Below, one piece after another: positions 48,489-59,200 of a DNA stretch of 64,000 nucleotides. This DNA is from a virus. Position numbers and translations under genes: made by a program. Below the pieces are notes generated by a model. It was not told the DNA's origin and made no database searches. It worked only from the letters and a program-made list of their open reading frames with translations. The stretch covers positions 32,001 through 96,000 of the IMG/VR virus record IMGVR_UViG_3300042484_002041; one strand, written 5' to 3'. Position 1 is the first letter of the stretch, and each line of letters starts with the position of its first letter.

Positions 48489-49712
48489 TCAAGATAAGAA
48501 ATCTAACGCAGCAGGCACTTCAGACATGACACGGCTGTATACTTGATCATGCAACCGGTACCGTGCTAGTTCGTAGTTTGCTTGCAGGCGGGGTTGGCAT
48601 CGTTGCCAAGCAGAAATAGCAAAATCTCGATCTTCTAAAAGTCTGCGATTTCGATCAATGGCTGCTGTGAGTCTATCAATTGGCCTAGTGATTACATCAT
48701 AGGAATGGTCAACTACATCATCGAACATATCAAACCCCAACTTGCGACAGTATTCGACTATGCCGAGCTGCCCCAGGACAATTGGTAGATTCATCCCATA
48801 TACTGAATTGATAAACTTTTCTGTCATATGAATACCAAATTTAAACTCAAAGGTAGTCTCATTAACAATTTCTACAGCCGAGTTTTCATATATTGGTCGT
48901 AGTCTTAGATCAAGATTTTCGGCATTACCATTGACTGTGGTATAAATTTGACTTGGAGGCTTAATATTATGCTCTTTGCCTCGTTCGGTACCTATCTCAA
49001 AAATTGATCCATATCTACTATCATCATCTGGAAGAAATGACCAATGCTGCTGCCAACGTGTGCGCCAATTATCGTTTGGTATGTTTATGCTTAACCAACC
49101 AGTTGCGTCTAATCCAAGCCCTTTAAGGTAGAGTGCTGCGCCCCATCGAGCTAGTCTTGCAATGCGAGTTAGACTAATCCAATGGTAGTTAGCTGCAAAG
49201 GATTTTTCTATCATATTAATATTCTGGTATTCTTCTTTTTGAAGCAAATAATCACTCCCCCAATGTATAATATGAAGATTTTCCAAACTCGGCCAAGTAT
49301 CCGGGAGATAGTGAGTACTAAATACAACAACTTTCATCTCGGGGTGAGTTTGAACAAAGTCAAGGAACTCATCGGAATACATTAATGCCTGATCGCAATG
49401 AAATATTAGGTGATTTCTTCCTTCCCACTCGTCGCATGCCTCTTTCCAAAGTACTCCAAATGGCTGGTAATATGCAGAAAACTCTATGTTTCGATCTTGA
49501 GTCATACGCATTATATTATTAATCATGTCAACAAAATACTGATCATTATGACGTTTAATGCCTAATAATTTAATCGGATGGCACCACTCAATACGATCAC
49601 AATAAAAATTGTCCGATACAGATAGTTCAGCATATAAGTTTTTTTCCTTCTGGCGCCAGTATTTTGGGTTAGGGCGCCGGGCAAGTATTTTTCGTATATC
49701 GTCATGATTCAT
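48489..49712 (-). CDS. glycosyltransferase-like protein (ET...TEK family), inverted insert
   Basis: EIVNET...MTEKF...PIVLG...GFDMFDDVVDHSYD; likely start 49712. Confidence 0.6.
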   Translation of the reverse strand: MNHDDIRKILARRPNPKYWRQKEKNLYAELSVSDNFYCDRIEWCHPIKLLGIKRHNDQYFVDMINNIMRMTQDRNIEFSAYYQPFGVLWKEACDEWEGRNHLIFHCDQALMYSDEFLDFVQTHPEMKVVVFSTHYLPDTWPSLENLHIIHWGSDYLLQKEEYQNINMIEKSFAANYHWISLTRIARLARWGAALYLKGLGLDATGWLSINIPNDNWRTRWQQHWSFLPDDDSRYGSIFEIGTERGKEHNIKPPSQIYTTVNGNAENLDLRLRPIYENSAVEIVNETTFEFKFGIHMTEKFINSVYGMNLPIVLGQLGIVEYCRKLGFDMFDDVVDHSYDVITRPIDRLTAAIDRNRRLLEDRDFAISAWQRCQPRLQANYELARYRLHDQVYSRVMSEVPAALDFLS

Positions 49713-49732
49713 ATTAATATATATACCGCACA

Positions 49733-50077
49733 ATGAAATACAATGTAAAATCACTTGATGGTCGGTACAGTTACAATAACTTGTTTGACTACTGTATTGA
49801 GTTTCATCCCACAATGAGTGTCTGGCACGGCCCCGAGGCATTCACTCAAGCTCAACAATGGTTTGTCGAAACATACGGCTGGAGTGCCGAAGTACGGCTG
49901 TGGACCGAGTTAAGTAAGTGGCGTAGCTGGGGCGGGAAGATAACAACTCAACTTGATCTCTCCGAGTACTGTAACCCGCTGTGGAGCTATTCAATCGAAA
50001 ATGCCAACCTTCGAATTTATGTTGCATCCGAAAAAGAGCTGATGTTTTTCCAACTGTCCCACCCCTGCACGAACTAA
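49733..50077 (+). CDS. hypothetical protein
   Basis: ORF. Confidence 0.5.
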   Translation: MKYNVKSLDGRYSYNNLFDYCIEFHPTMSVWHGPEAFTQAQQWFVETYGWSAEVRLWTELSKWRSWGGKITTQLDLSEYCNPLWSYSIENANLRIYVASEKELMFFQLSHPCTN

Positions 50078-50145
50078 TCACGATTTGACCATTAATTCAA
50101 CTTGTGCTATAATGTAAGCATACGGTAAAGAACAAGGAGTTAGAA

Positions 50146-51456
50146 ATGACAAGTGTTTTGCACGCCACAGCAGGTACCACTGCTACCAAAGAAGATGCCA
50201 AGAAGTTTGCGGCCCTAATAGGCCCCACTGACCCCAAGGTAGATCGCGAAGTTCGCGAGATGTTGATCACTGCTCGAATTGGCATGTTGCTGCGCGCCAG
50301 CTTCTTTGGCAATCTTGCTACTCGTCTCAAGATGATCAATGCCGACGAGTGGTGTGCCACTGCTGCCACTGACGGACGGTGCTTCTATTACAATAGCCGC
50401 TTTATCAAGATGCTGCGGCCCAAGGAGATTGAGTTCCTGTTCGGGCACGAAGTCCTGCACTGTGTCTATGATCACTTTGGGCGACGTGGTGATCGGGATC
50501 CGCAGTTGTGGAATATTGCCAATGACTTCTGTGTTAACGCCGACCTTAAGAAACACAAGGTTGGTGAGCTGATCACTTCTGTGCCTTGCTTGTACGATCC
50601 CAAGTATGACGGCATGAGCTCTGAAGAAGTATACGACGAGCTGTTCAAGAACGTTAAGAAGATCAATATCATTCAGTTAATCGACAAGATGATCGACGAG
50701 CACATGGACGGCGACGAAGGCGAGGGCGAAGAAGGCGAGGACGGCAATCAGTCAAGCAAGGGCGGCGATAAATCAGGCAAGGGCCGTCCTAAACTCAGTG
50801 ACGAAGAGCGTGAAAAAGTACGCGACGAGATCAAAGAAGCCATGATGGCTGCTGCACAGACTTGTGATGCTGGCAACATACCGCTTGGGGTCAAGCGCCT
50901 GATACAGGACCTAACTGAACCCAAGATGAACTGGCGCGAGCTGTTGCGCATGCAAATAGAGTCGACTATCAAGTCGGACTATACTTGGATGAAGGCCAGT
51001 CGCAAGGGCTGGCACGTTGATGCAATCATGCCCGGGATGAAGACTGCAGAAACAATCGACATTGCTATAGCAATTGACACGTCGGGCTCAATCTCAAGTG
51101 AACAAGCTCGAGACTTCCTTAGCGAGATTCGTGGCATCATGGAAACGTTCGATAACTATCGTATCCATGTGTTTACGTTTGATACTGAGGTGTACAATCC
51201 GCAACAATACAATTCAGACACACTGGAGGACATCGAGGAATACGATATCCAGGGTGGTGGTGGTACTGCCTTTGAAGCAATCTTTGACTATCTCAAGGGT
51301 GCCGATCTTGAGCCCAAGCGCCTGTTAGTATTCACAGACGGCTACCCAGGCGGCACCTGGGGAGATGAAAACTACTGTGACACTGTTTGGATTATACACG
51401 GGGACAAGAATCCCGACCCGCCCTTTGGCACTTGGGCCTTGTACGAAGAAGACTAA
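50146..51456 (+). CDS. metallopeptidase (HExxH) plus vWA domain protein (DUF2201-like)
   Basis: TAATDG, HEVLH, IDTSGS MIDAS, GGGT.F, FTDG; promoter 50085-50113. Confidence 0.88.
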   Translation: MTSVLHATAGTTATKEDAKKFAALIGPTDPKVDREVREMLITARIGMLLRASFFGNLATRLKMINADEWCATAATDGRCFYYNSRFIKMLRPKEIEFLFGHEVLHCVYDHFGRRGDRDPQLWNIANDFCVNADLKKHKVGELITSVPCLYDPKYDGMSSEEVYDELFKNVKKINIIQLIDKMIDEHMDGDEGEGEEGEDGNQSSKGGDKSGKGRPKLSDEEREKVRDEIKEAMMAAAQTCDAGNIPLGVKRLIQDLTEPKMNWRELLRMQIESTIKSDYTWMKASRKGWHVDAIMPGMKTAETIDIAIAIDTSGSISSEQARDFLSEIRGIMETFDNYRIHVFTFDTEVYNPQQYNSDTLEDIEEYDIQGGGGTAFEAIFDYLKGADLEPKRLLVFTDGYPGGTWGDENYCDTVWIIHGDKNPDPPFGTWALYEED

Positions 51457-51515
51457 TTTGCCCAAAATCACTAAGTGAAATAAAATCACTTAGTGATTAC
51501 TACTTAAATATCATT

Positions 51516-51722
51516 ATGACAACCGACATCGAACTGACCATTAAAGACATTGCAGCGGTCAAAGACATCATCGAACTTGCATCTCGCCGCGGAGCATTCC
51601 AGGCCGACGAACTAACTTCGGTAGGTACCACTTACGATCGCATTGTTCAATTTATTAACCACATTGTTGCTCGTGCCCAAGCAGCCGAGCAAGCCCAACT
51701 AGGAGTCCCCGCTAATGATTAA
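51516..51722 (+). CDS. conserved small phage protein
   Basis: TAAATA upstream; IIELASRRGAFQADEL motif. Confidence 0.6.
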   Translation: MTTDIELTIKDIAAVKDIIELASRRGAFQADELTSVGTTYDRIVQFINHIVARAQAAEQAQLGVPAND

Positions 51723-52401
51723 ACATATTGGAAAACACAGTGACCGCAAGGTAGCTATTGTATTTCGTGAAGTGCCAGGTGAAGAGCATATGGCTCTTGT
51801 CATCTACCCCGACGTGATGCCTATTAGCATGCACGACACGATCATGAAAGTGATCGAAAGCCCGGTAGGGCAAGCTGCTGATAACTTGGGCGATGCACTG
51901 TTCCGTAGCCTGTTGTCCGATGGGCGTCCTATCCTGCAAACCTTGCATGCCGAAAACATGATCAAGAAGGTGCAAGCCAAACAGATCGTAGTAACGCCCA
52001 ATGCCACTAGCCATGTGAACCTTGCAGAGATGAACGAGATCCTTCGTAAGATGTCCTTGGGTAAACAAGCTATTAGAGAAATGGCCGAGCTTGATTCTAA
52101 CCGTGGCATGACCGGTAAGGTCAAGCAACGTGATGATTTCGGACGCGAAGTCGGTGCTGGCAGCAACCTAGGGCGCGGCTCCAATGTAGCAGGGTCAGAT
52201 GCTGCACTAGCAATTGACGACGCTGGACTTGCTGCGGATCTTCAAACTCAGGCTCAACGCATGGCAGCAGAAGCCCGCGGACTCTTAGCTGAAAGTGATC
52301 GTTTGATGAGAGAATCGGCTCAACTTTCCGGAACAGCAACTGTCACCGAAAAAGCAACACGTGGTCGCCCCAAGAAGGCCAAGTCCACCGATGCAGCCTA
52401 A
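51715..52401 (+). CDS. conserved phage hypothetical protein
   Basis: long ORF with RBS. Confidence 0.65.
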   Translation: MIKHIGKHSDRKVAIVFREVPGEEHMALVIYPDVMPISMHDTIMKVIESPVGQAADNLGDALFRSLLSDGRPILQTLHAENMIKKVQAKQIVVTPNATSHVNLAEMNEILRKMSLGKQAIREMAELDSNRGMTGKVKQRDDFGREVGAGSNLGRGSNVAGSDAALAIDDAGLAADLQTQAQRMAAEARGLLAESDRLMRESAQLSGTATVTEKATRGRPKKAKSTDAA

Positions 52402-52693
52402 CCCGGATTTTTTAGACCAGTGGGGCAGGATCGTCAATGATGTTGAAAAAGATCATGTCCCTATCGAGTGTGTCAAGAAAGTAATATTCCGACACAACGA
52501 TCGTCGTCAGAAAACTTTAAATCTAACAAATCTTCGACGGCAGAATCTTGTCAGTGATGAGATTTCAGCAATCGTCGAACGTTACATACAAGAGAACGAA
52601 GACGAAATTAATAGCATGGAATTTGTTCTTGATGTCGAAGCTGTAGCTGCGATACTTCAACCTGAAACTGATAAGTTACTTAAAGATATTTGA
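52391..52693 (+). CDS. hypothetical phage protein
   Basis: coupled ORF. Confidence 0.55.
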   Translation: MQPNPDFLDQWGRIVNDVEKDHVPIECVKKVIFRHNDRRQKTLNLTNLRRQNLVSDEISAIVERYIQENEDEINSMEFVLDVEAVAAILQPETDKLLKDI

Positions 52694-53400
52694 TGATTGC
52701 GATTGCGGGAGACAGCTGGGGATGCGGGTTGTGGGGAGCCGATGTTGAAACTATAAACGTCAGTCGGCCCAATGGATCGAATCAAGATTCCATTAATCAG
52801 CTCGCAGCTCTATTAGATAATAGTCCGCATCTTAAAATTGATCAAGCTGTGGTCTTCCAGACCGAGTATATTCGAGATCTGCATAACGGACCAAAGGTAA
52901 CTGATAACTATCAAGTCACAGTCAATAACACAATATCTAACTTTTACTACCGTCTAAGTGATCTTGCCACAAAACACAATGTACAGATTCAACTGGTAGG
53001 CGGATTTAGTGATACTATTTGGCTTGATAAATTTGCCCAAGAATACCCTGGTGTCAATCTTGCTTGCCAAAGCGTGACTAATTTATTGTTAAGCAGCAAG
53101 TCTAAAATTAATACAGATTACCGATATCTAATTCATGATGATTCAGTTATCGATACGCCAGTCTTCTCTACATACAGTAATAAACTCGATGCGCCGGTAA
53201 TCGAGCAAATGAAACAGAACTGTGGCCCTGGCGAAGTGGACCAACTAACGGATGCTATTGCAGCTGGTCGGCACCGAGCTACATTATGGCAAGCTCATCC
53301 AGAATGGTTTAGTGATGACGGACTTTATCTTAGTGCTCGCAGTTGTGCTACAATAGCAGATTACTTAATTTCCAACCAACACATTAGAAAGACAATATGA
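52690..53400 (+). CDS. SGNH-like protein
   Basis: IAGDSWG, GSN. Confidence 0.55.
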   Translation: MMIAIAGDSWGCGLWGADVETINVSRPNGSNQDSINQLAALLDNSPHLKIDQAVVFQTEYIRDLHNGPKVTDNYQVTVNNTISNFYYRLSDLATKHNVQIQLVGGFSDTIWLDKFAQEYPGVNLACQSVTNLLLSSKSKINTDYRYLIHDDSVIDTPVFSTYSNKLDAPVIEQMKQNCGPGEVDQLTDAIAAGRHRATLWQAHPEWFSDDGLYLSARSCATIADYLISNQHIRKTI

Positions 53401-54083
53401 ATGTTCGCCTGCTCAGCTACAGTCAACCCACAGCTGAATTTAAAGAACTTGGTATCGCCGATGCGCAAGAACTCATTGCCTATTGCGCCCGTGTGTCCAA
53501 TCCCAGCAATCAACTTAATACAGAAACAAGCGAAAAACTCATCCGATACTTGGTCAAGCACCAGCACTGGAGCCCACTCGAAATGGTCAGTGCCTGTATC
53601 GAAATTACCACAACAAGAGATATTGCCCGACAGATCCTGCGCCACCGTAGCTTCAGTTTCCAAGAATTCAGCCAACGATATGCTGACCCTACTAAAGACC
53701 TCTCGTTCGTACTTAGGGATGCCAGACTGCAAGACACAAAGAATCGACAGAATTCAGTCGACCTTGACCTCGGTAATGCCAGCCAACGAGAACTTAGCCG
53801 CTTGTGGATTGAAAAACAACAGGAAGTTATACGAACAGCAACCGATGCCTACACCTGGGCTGTCACTAACGGCATAGCCAAGGAACAGGCTCGTGCTGTT
53901 CTGCCCGAAGGTATTACTGAAAGTAGGCTTTACATGAATGGCACCTTGCGCAGCTGGATTCACTTTCTTGAGCTGCGCAGTGCAAATGGCACACAAAAGG
54001 AACACCAAGAAGTGGCTGTTGCTTGTGCCAAGGTAATTGCTACAGTGTTCCCAATAGCTGCGGATCTAGTTGCTGCAACATAA
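53397..54083 (+). CDS. thyX: flavin-dependent thymidylate synthase
   Basis: HWSPLE, RQILRHRSFSFQEFSQRY, EQARAVLP. Confidence 0.95.
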   Translation: MNVRLLSYSQPTAEFKELGIADAQELIAYCARVSNPSNQLNTETSEKLIRYLVKHQHWSPLEMVSACIEITTTRDIARQILRHRSFSFQEFSQRYADPTKDLSFVLRDARLQDTKNRQNSVDLDLGNASQRELSRLWIEKQQEVIRTATDAYTWAVTNGIAKEQARAVLPEGITESRLYMNGTLRSWIHFLELRSANGTQKEHQEVAVACAKVIATVFPIAADLVAAT

Positions 54084-54366
54084 CTGTGGCAGATTACCAA
54101 GTCCGTATAGTCGATGGTGTTCCTGTAGCCAGCAGCACCGTTAGTGTACACGAATTCCATGTAGGCGATGTTGAGGAGCCTACTGTATTAGCTGGATTTT
54201 TAATTGGCGAATGGGAAAGTACCGTGATCGGAAAGTGGGTTAAGGAAAATTCCATTGGGCCATTGCATTGGCAGAGCATGCACGACATGTCATACATGGG
54301 ATATCGATACTGCATAATTGCTCGTATGACTGAAGCTAATCAAGTTTTTTTCAAACTAAAATTTAA

Positions 54367-55332
54367 ATGAACATTCTAGTCACAGGTGGATATGGCTTGA
54401 TCGGGCACAATGTTGTCCAACGCCTGGTTGCGCAGGGACAGCATACGGTGTCCATCCTTGATAACAAGACCAACTACGGCATTATCCCGCAAGCAGAACT
54501 AAAGTACTTGATGGCCGAACGCCGGGCCAAGATCAACAATCATCCTTGCTGGCTCAGATCAATCGAAAATGCCAACAGTGTCGACCGTGTGATCATAACA
54601 CAACGGCCTGAAGTGATAGTTCACATGGCATCGTTTCCCCGGCAAAAAGTAGTCAACGCCGACCCGGCAGCCGGTGCCGATGTCATGATGCGTGGGTTGA
54701 TCAACCTGCTCGAGAGTGCCAAATCACACGGCGTTCGACGGTTTGTGTACATTAGTTCAAGCATGGTTTATGGGAACTTCACAGATCAAGTACGCGAAGA
54801 TGCTCCGTGTGAGCCTCAAGGGCAGTACGGCATTATGAAGCTAGCAGGCGAGTGGCTGGTCAAAGACTATGCGCGTCGCACCGGCATGGAGTATGTGATC
54901 ATTCGTCCCAGCGCAGTATACGGCCCACTAGATGTAGAAGACCGTGTAGTGGCCAAGTTCATGCTGACAGCAATGCGTGGCGGGACACTTAAGGTAAACG
55001 GGTCTGGGGAGACTCTGGACTTTACCTATGTTGACGATGCTGCAGATGGTATTGTTGCTGCTACACTGACTGTGGCCAAGAATCGAACGTACAACATTAC
55101 CAAAAGTCATTCCGTAAGCCTGCTGCAAGCCGCAGAGATGATAGTCAAGATTGTAGGCAAAGGTAGGATCGAAGTACGTGATCGTGATGCCGACTTCCCG
55201 AGTCGCGGTTCCCTTGACATTACTGCAGCCAGGCAGTATCTTGGTTTTGATCCACAAGTTGATGTCGAAGAAGGGTTCCAACGTTACTATCAGTGGCTAT
55301 CAACATCTTCGTACTGGAATCAACTTATATAA
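54367..55332 (+). CDS. NAD-dependent sugar epimerase/dehydratase
   Basis: TGGYGLIG, SSSMVYG, YGIMK, DFTYVDD. Confidence 0.9.
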   Translation: MNILVTGGYGLIGHNVVQRLVAQGQHTVSILDNKTNYGIIPQAELKYLMAERRAKINNHPCWLRSIENANSVDRVIITQRPEVIVHMASFPRQKVVNADPAAGADVMMRGLINLLESAKSHGVRRFVYISSSMVYGNFTDQVREDAPCEPQGQYGIMKLAGEWLVKDYARRTGMEYVIIRPSAVYGPLDVEDRVVAKFMLTAMRGGTLKVNGSGETLDFTYVDDAADGIVAATLTVAKNRTYNITKSHSVSLLQAAEMIVKIVGKGRIEVRDRDADFPSRGSLDITAARQYLGFDPQVDVEEGFQRYYQWLSTSSYWNQLI

Positions 55333-56078
55333 TGCGATTATTTACAAACGGTTGTAGTTTTACTGAAGGATACGATCTGCCAGATCCGTCAATGGCCTGG
55401 CCGTCAGTTCTATCAAATAGTATTAAATGCGACGTAAATAATATTGCATTAGGCGGATGTAGTAATGACCGTATATTTCGTACAACTATCGAATATTTTA
55501 ATATTCATACTGCACCCGACATTGTAATTATCGGTTGGACATTTAATGATCGTGCTGAGTTAAGTCATCATTCAGGGGTTAGATTAAGATTAACGTCGAA
55601 TGCTTGCTTGCCAGACACAACCGAAATGACCGAAGATCTAACCCTTGTGCATAAATTTTGGACTACACAGTTACACAATCGATACTTAAACTATCATGCA
55701 TGGGTTCATTCTATGTTACATTTACAAGAGTATTTTAAATCTAAAAAGATTCAATATCTGTTTTTTACAGCAATAGGCAATGATTACATACACGAATTTA
55801 TCAACAATACAGACCTTGCACTAGAGCTTGCAGATCAGTCCTGGCAATGGAGAGATCGGGCTCGATATGCCCCATTCCGAAACATACATCGAGAATATCA
55901 GGATCTTAGATTGTGTATTGCCAAGATTGATCTCACCCATTGGGTAAGTCAGGCAAATTATACCATGGGTCAATATTTACTAAATCAAGGATTTAAATCT
56001 GACTGCACTGGGCACTATCACAGCGATGGACACCTGGCCTGGGCCGATCATCTTCGGGAATATATTAAAGGTGTCTAA
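55332..56078 (+). CDS. SGNH-like protein (DUF6071-like)
   Basis: NGCSFT, GCSNDRI, GHYHSDGH. Confidence 0.6.
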   Translation: MRLFTNGCSFTEGYDLPDPSMAWPSVLSNSIKCDVNNIALGGCSNDRIFRTTIEYFNIHTAPDIVIIGWTFNDRAELSHHSGVRLRLTSNACLPDTTEMTEDLTLVHKFWTTQLHNRYLNYHAWVHSMLHLQEYFKSKKIQYLFFTAIGNDYIHEFINNTDLALELADQSWQWRDRARYAPFRNIHREYQDLRLCIAKIDLTHWVSQANYTMGQYLLNQGFKSDCTGHYHSDGHLAWADHLREYIKGV

Positions 56079-57201
56079 TTTGTCAATCCCATTCTTTGGT
56101 CTTGACCGGCAATACCGCAATTTGCGCAAAGAGATCCTGGATGTTACGGATCAGGTATACAGCAGCGGCCAAGTACTAGACGGTTACTATACCAGGGTCT
56201 TCGAGGATGCCATCGCTCAAAGATGCAACCGAGAGTATGCAGTATCAGTCAACAGTGCCACTACAGGCCTGTTCTTTGCCATGCAGTGTGCGCCTGCTGT
56301 TGATATAGATAATGAAGTACTGATCCCAAGTCTAAGCTTCCCTGCCACATTAAACGCTGCCAACACCCGCGAGCACTTGGTCCGTATGTGTGATGTCAGT
56401 CCCGATGGATTGATCGACTTCGGAAGTCTTCCTACTACCTTGAGCCAGAGTCGTGTTGCTGTAATCATGTACGTTAACTTATTCGGCAACACAGTGGACT
56501 GGGAGAGATTTAACTTAGAGACCAAGTTCTTTGGCGGTGATAACTTCTTTGTAATCGAGGATGCTGCACAAAGCTTCGGTGCAAGTTCGCGTGGGGTGCC
56601 GTCGGGCAAGATGGGCGATGTTAGTGTACTAAGCTTTGACCCTACCAAGAACTTGCCCAACTATGGCTCTGGTGGCATGGTGTTGACTGACGATCCCACA
56701 ACCTTTAACCTACTACTCAATCTTAGAAACAACTGCAAAGAAGACGAACATGCTTATGTGGGGTATAACAGCAAGATGAGTGAGGCAGATTGCGCACAAA
56801 TGATGGTCAAGCTGGCGCACTTTGACAGCTGGCAAAAACGTCGTACTGCTATTGCTGAATACTATAACGAGAGGCTGGCCGCGTATGTTGACCTTCCGGG
56901 CATTACAGCAGGCACTACACATGCTTGGCACAAGTATGTGATTCGAACTCCAGCACGGGATCGTTTGCAACTAGACTTGGCTGCAAGGCAAACAATGACC
57001 CGTATACATTACGAAAAATCATTGCCCGAATATGATCTCGGTAGTCTAGCACTGGGAACCGATAACATGCTAGATGACATCAATCATTGGGAAGTCACGG
57101 CGTTCTGCCATGAGTGCCTGAGCTTGCCGATATACCCTGAGCTAACTGATGCCGAGGTCGAAACTGTGGTTAGTCAGGTAAGAGGTTTCTTCTCAGCATA
57201 G
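56071..57201 (+). CDS. DegT/DnrJ/EryC1/StrS sugar aminotransferase
   Basis: NSATTGL, IEDAAQSFG, SFDPTKNL, GGMV, LSLPIYP. Confidence 0.9.
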   Translation: MSNLSIPFFGLDRQYRNLRKEILDVTDQVYSSGQVLDGYYTRVFEDAIAQRCNREYAVSVNSATTGLFFAMQCAPAVDIDNEVLIPSLSFPATLNAANTREHLVRMCDVSPDGLIDFGSLPTTLSQSRVAVIMYVNLFGNTVDWERFNLETKFFGGDNFFVIEDAAQSFGASSRGVPSGKMGDVSVLSFDPTKNLPNYGSGGMVLTDDPTTFNLLLNLRNNCKEDEHAYVGYNSKMSEADCAQMMVKLAHFDSWQKRRTAIAEYYNERLAAYVDLPGITAGTTHAWHKYVIRTPARDRLQLDLAARQTMTRIHYEKSLPEYDLGSLALGTDNMLDDINHWEVTAFCHECLSLPIYPELTDAEVETVVSQVRGFFSA

Positions 57202-59200
57202 CATAGCTGGCCAACCAGGCCCACTCATAGCTCTTGCGCAACTCAGTAAAGTTGCCCTGGACTGCATCGTAGTACTCTATTGCGTCCTGTGCGCCACAAC
57301 GACTCCACTTCTCGTTGACTATGTGCTGGTTAGTGTTGTCAAAGTTAAGCCAACGATCAAGTCTGTATTCGCTTTCCACATCTGGTAAGCTGGCGCGTAG
57401 TTTAATCGCCTCTCTAAATGCTGTACGCCAGGCCGACCAAGGTGTCTGGGCGTAATACGCGGTGCCCGACAGTATAGGAACAACTTCGTGTGCTTGATCT
57501 AAGGTAAAGTCCAGGCCTGTTCCGGAGTTTGATAATACCAGTTTCTTGTTGTACGCAATCATGGCTTGGTGTCCGTATTCTAAACCGTTAACGGGATTCT
57601 TTGCGTTGAAAATATAATGCTTGGCGGCCTGCAAGCGGTCTGGTTGCCAGTCCCACGGGAATCCAACATCTATCCGAAGCTTGGCAAACACACACAAGGC
57701 CCAAGGTGTTGTGCTTGCTTCTAACGCAGCGTGGTATGCAGCAACCCGGCCGTTAATACCATCAACACGGTGTAACCGATTAGGCTGTTCCTGTAGGCAC
57801 ATGGCAAGATGATTGTAGTGAAACTCTGCATTTCTTTCGCCGTTGCTGATAAACACCACATCCAGTGGGGCAGCACACAACATATGGTCACGTTCAATGT
57901 ACGGGTAGTCGTAAATCTGTGTGCGGACGTAAGGCACAGCAGTCTTGGGTATGATCACCGTTGCGCCACCGGAGTCCAATGCAACCACAGTCTTGGTCTG
58001 TTCTCGCCACAAGGACACAATGGCGAGATCACTAGACACATACTCCGTTGTGGTAAACACTGCAAATGGGCCTGACCAGTCTTGTGTCTTAACCGCATCA
58101 ACATGTGTGTCTTGCGCATGCCGCACAACCGGCATGGGCCGTCGGGGCACATCAGTATCTGTAATAAAATTTAAATCATACCACTCCAACAGTTGACAAC
58201 GTGCACTGCGTTCCTTAAAGGTAGGAACATGCATAAAGAATGTGTCGCCAAACTTTTGCCCCGAGCTTGGGAATACATGCAGCATGGTGCTTTGCCAGCG
58301 TTCTGGATGCCAAGAGAAGTCAAACCCAGTATAGTCACATAAAGAACTAACGATCCAGATCCACTCTTGATCATCTGGCGCAGAGTTGGCAATGCGCTTT
58401 AACGTGTCCAAGTAGTTGTCAAAGTAACGTACACGTTTAAGCACCTGGGTGTGCTGCTCAACTTGCTGCGTTGTCCTGTCCACGGCACCGTCCAGGTGAT
58501 CAATTACATATGCACCCGACGTATATGTGCTGCGGATGCGCAAATTCTCGGCAAACTTTGTATCAACTGCACCCGGAACCACGTACTTGGGGCCGCCGGT
58601 ACGCTGATGTTGTGTACCAAACTCATAAATGTAAGGCTGTTCTGTGGTGTCTGGATGCCAAGTCCAATCAAAGCTGTTGACATCAACTCCGGGAGGAACA
58701 AGCCAACAATCATCACGACTGGTAACAGTAGCCCGTGGAGCGGCCACATATTTAATATCCTGTCCGCCCGGCACTGTGTATACTGGGCCGCCTGACTTTT
58801 GATGCTGTGTGCCAAATTGATACACCATAGGCGGCTCTGTAGGATCTGGGTGCCAACTAGTATCCCATGATTCGATGCTACGATGTGGCATTGTCCAGTT
58901 GTCCGCAGCAGGCAGCCGTGTGATGATGGGTGCAGCATGATAGTTAACATCTGCACCACCGTGCTTGGGAATCAGATACGTTCCTGAATCCTTTTGCCAC
59001 TGGCTTGCCCAAGCATGCTGTTGATGACTTTGCCAAGGCACAGGTTCCCAAAGCCAATCCCACCCCGAGTAGTTCGCTAAGTATGTTACGATCCAGCAGT
59101 ACCGTGTGCGACTTAATGCCTGTGCATGGCGGATTGATTCACACTCTTGCTCGTGCGCAAACAGATCTGGTTTGTTGCCAATATAAAAAACGTCAAACAT
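57170..59200 (-). CDS. large phage protein with internal WHPD repeats and GT-like C-terminal domain
   Basis: repeated SWHPD..E.P..Y.FGTQHQ..GGP.Y.VPG; DVVFISNGE, AWRTAFRE.IKL. Confidence 0.6.
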   Translation of the reverse strand: MFDVFYIGNKPDLFAHEQECESIRHAQALSRTRYCWIVTYLANYSGWDWLWEPVPWQSHQQHAWASQWQKDSGTYLIPKHGGADVNYHAAPIITRLPAADNWTMPHRSIESWDTSWHPDPTEPPMVYQFGTQHQKSGGPVYTVPGGQDIKYVAAPRATVTSRDDCWLVPPGVDVNSFDWTWHPDTTEQPYIYEFGTQHQRTGGPKYVVPGAVDTKFAENLRIRSTYTSGAYVIDHLDGAVDRTTQQVEQHTQVLKRVRYFDNYLDTLKRIANSAPDDQEWIWIVSSLCDYTGFDFSWHPERWQSTMLHVFPSSGQKFGDTFFMHVPTFKERSARCQLLEWYDLNFITDTDVPRRPMPVVRHAQDTHVDAVKTQDWSGPFAVFTTTEYVSSDLAIVSLWREQTKTVVALDSGGATVIIPKTAVPYVRTQIYDYPYIERDHMLCAAPLDVVFISNGERNAEFHYNHLAMCLQEQPNRLHRVDGINGRVAAYHAALEASTTPWALCVFAKLRIDVGFPWDWQPDRLQAAKHYIFNAKNPVNGLEYGHQAMIAYNKKLVLSNSGTGLDFTLDQAHEVVPILSGTAYYAQTPWSAWRTAFREAIKLRASLPDVESEYRLDRWLNFDNTNQHIVNEKWSRCGAQDAIEYYDAVQGNFTELRKSYEWAWLASYAMLRRNLLPD

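Noticed and set aside
48489-49841. 450-aa version of the minus-strand ORF
   Set aside because: The N-terminal 43 codons overlap ORF 49733; ATG at 49712 is the more plausible start.
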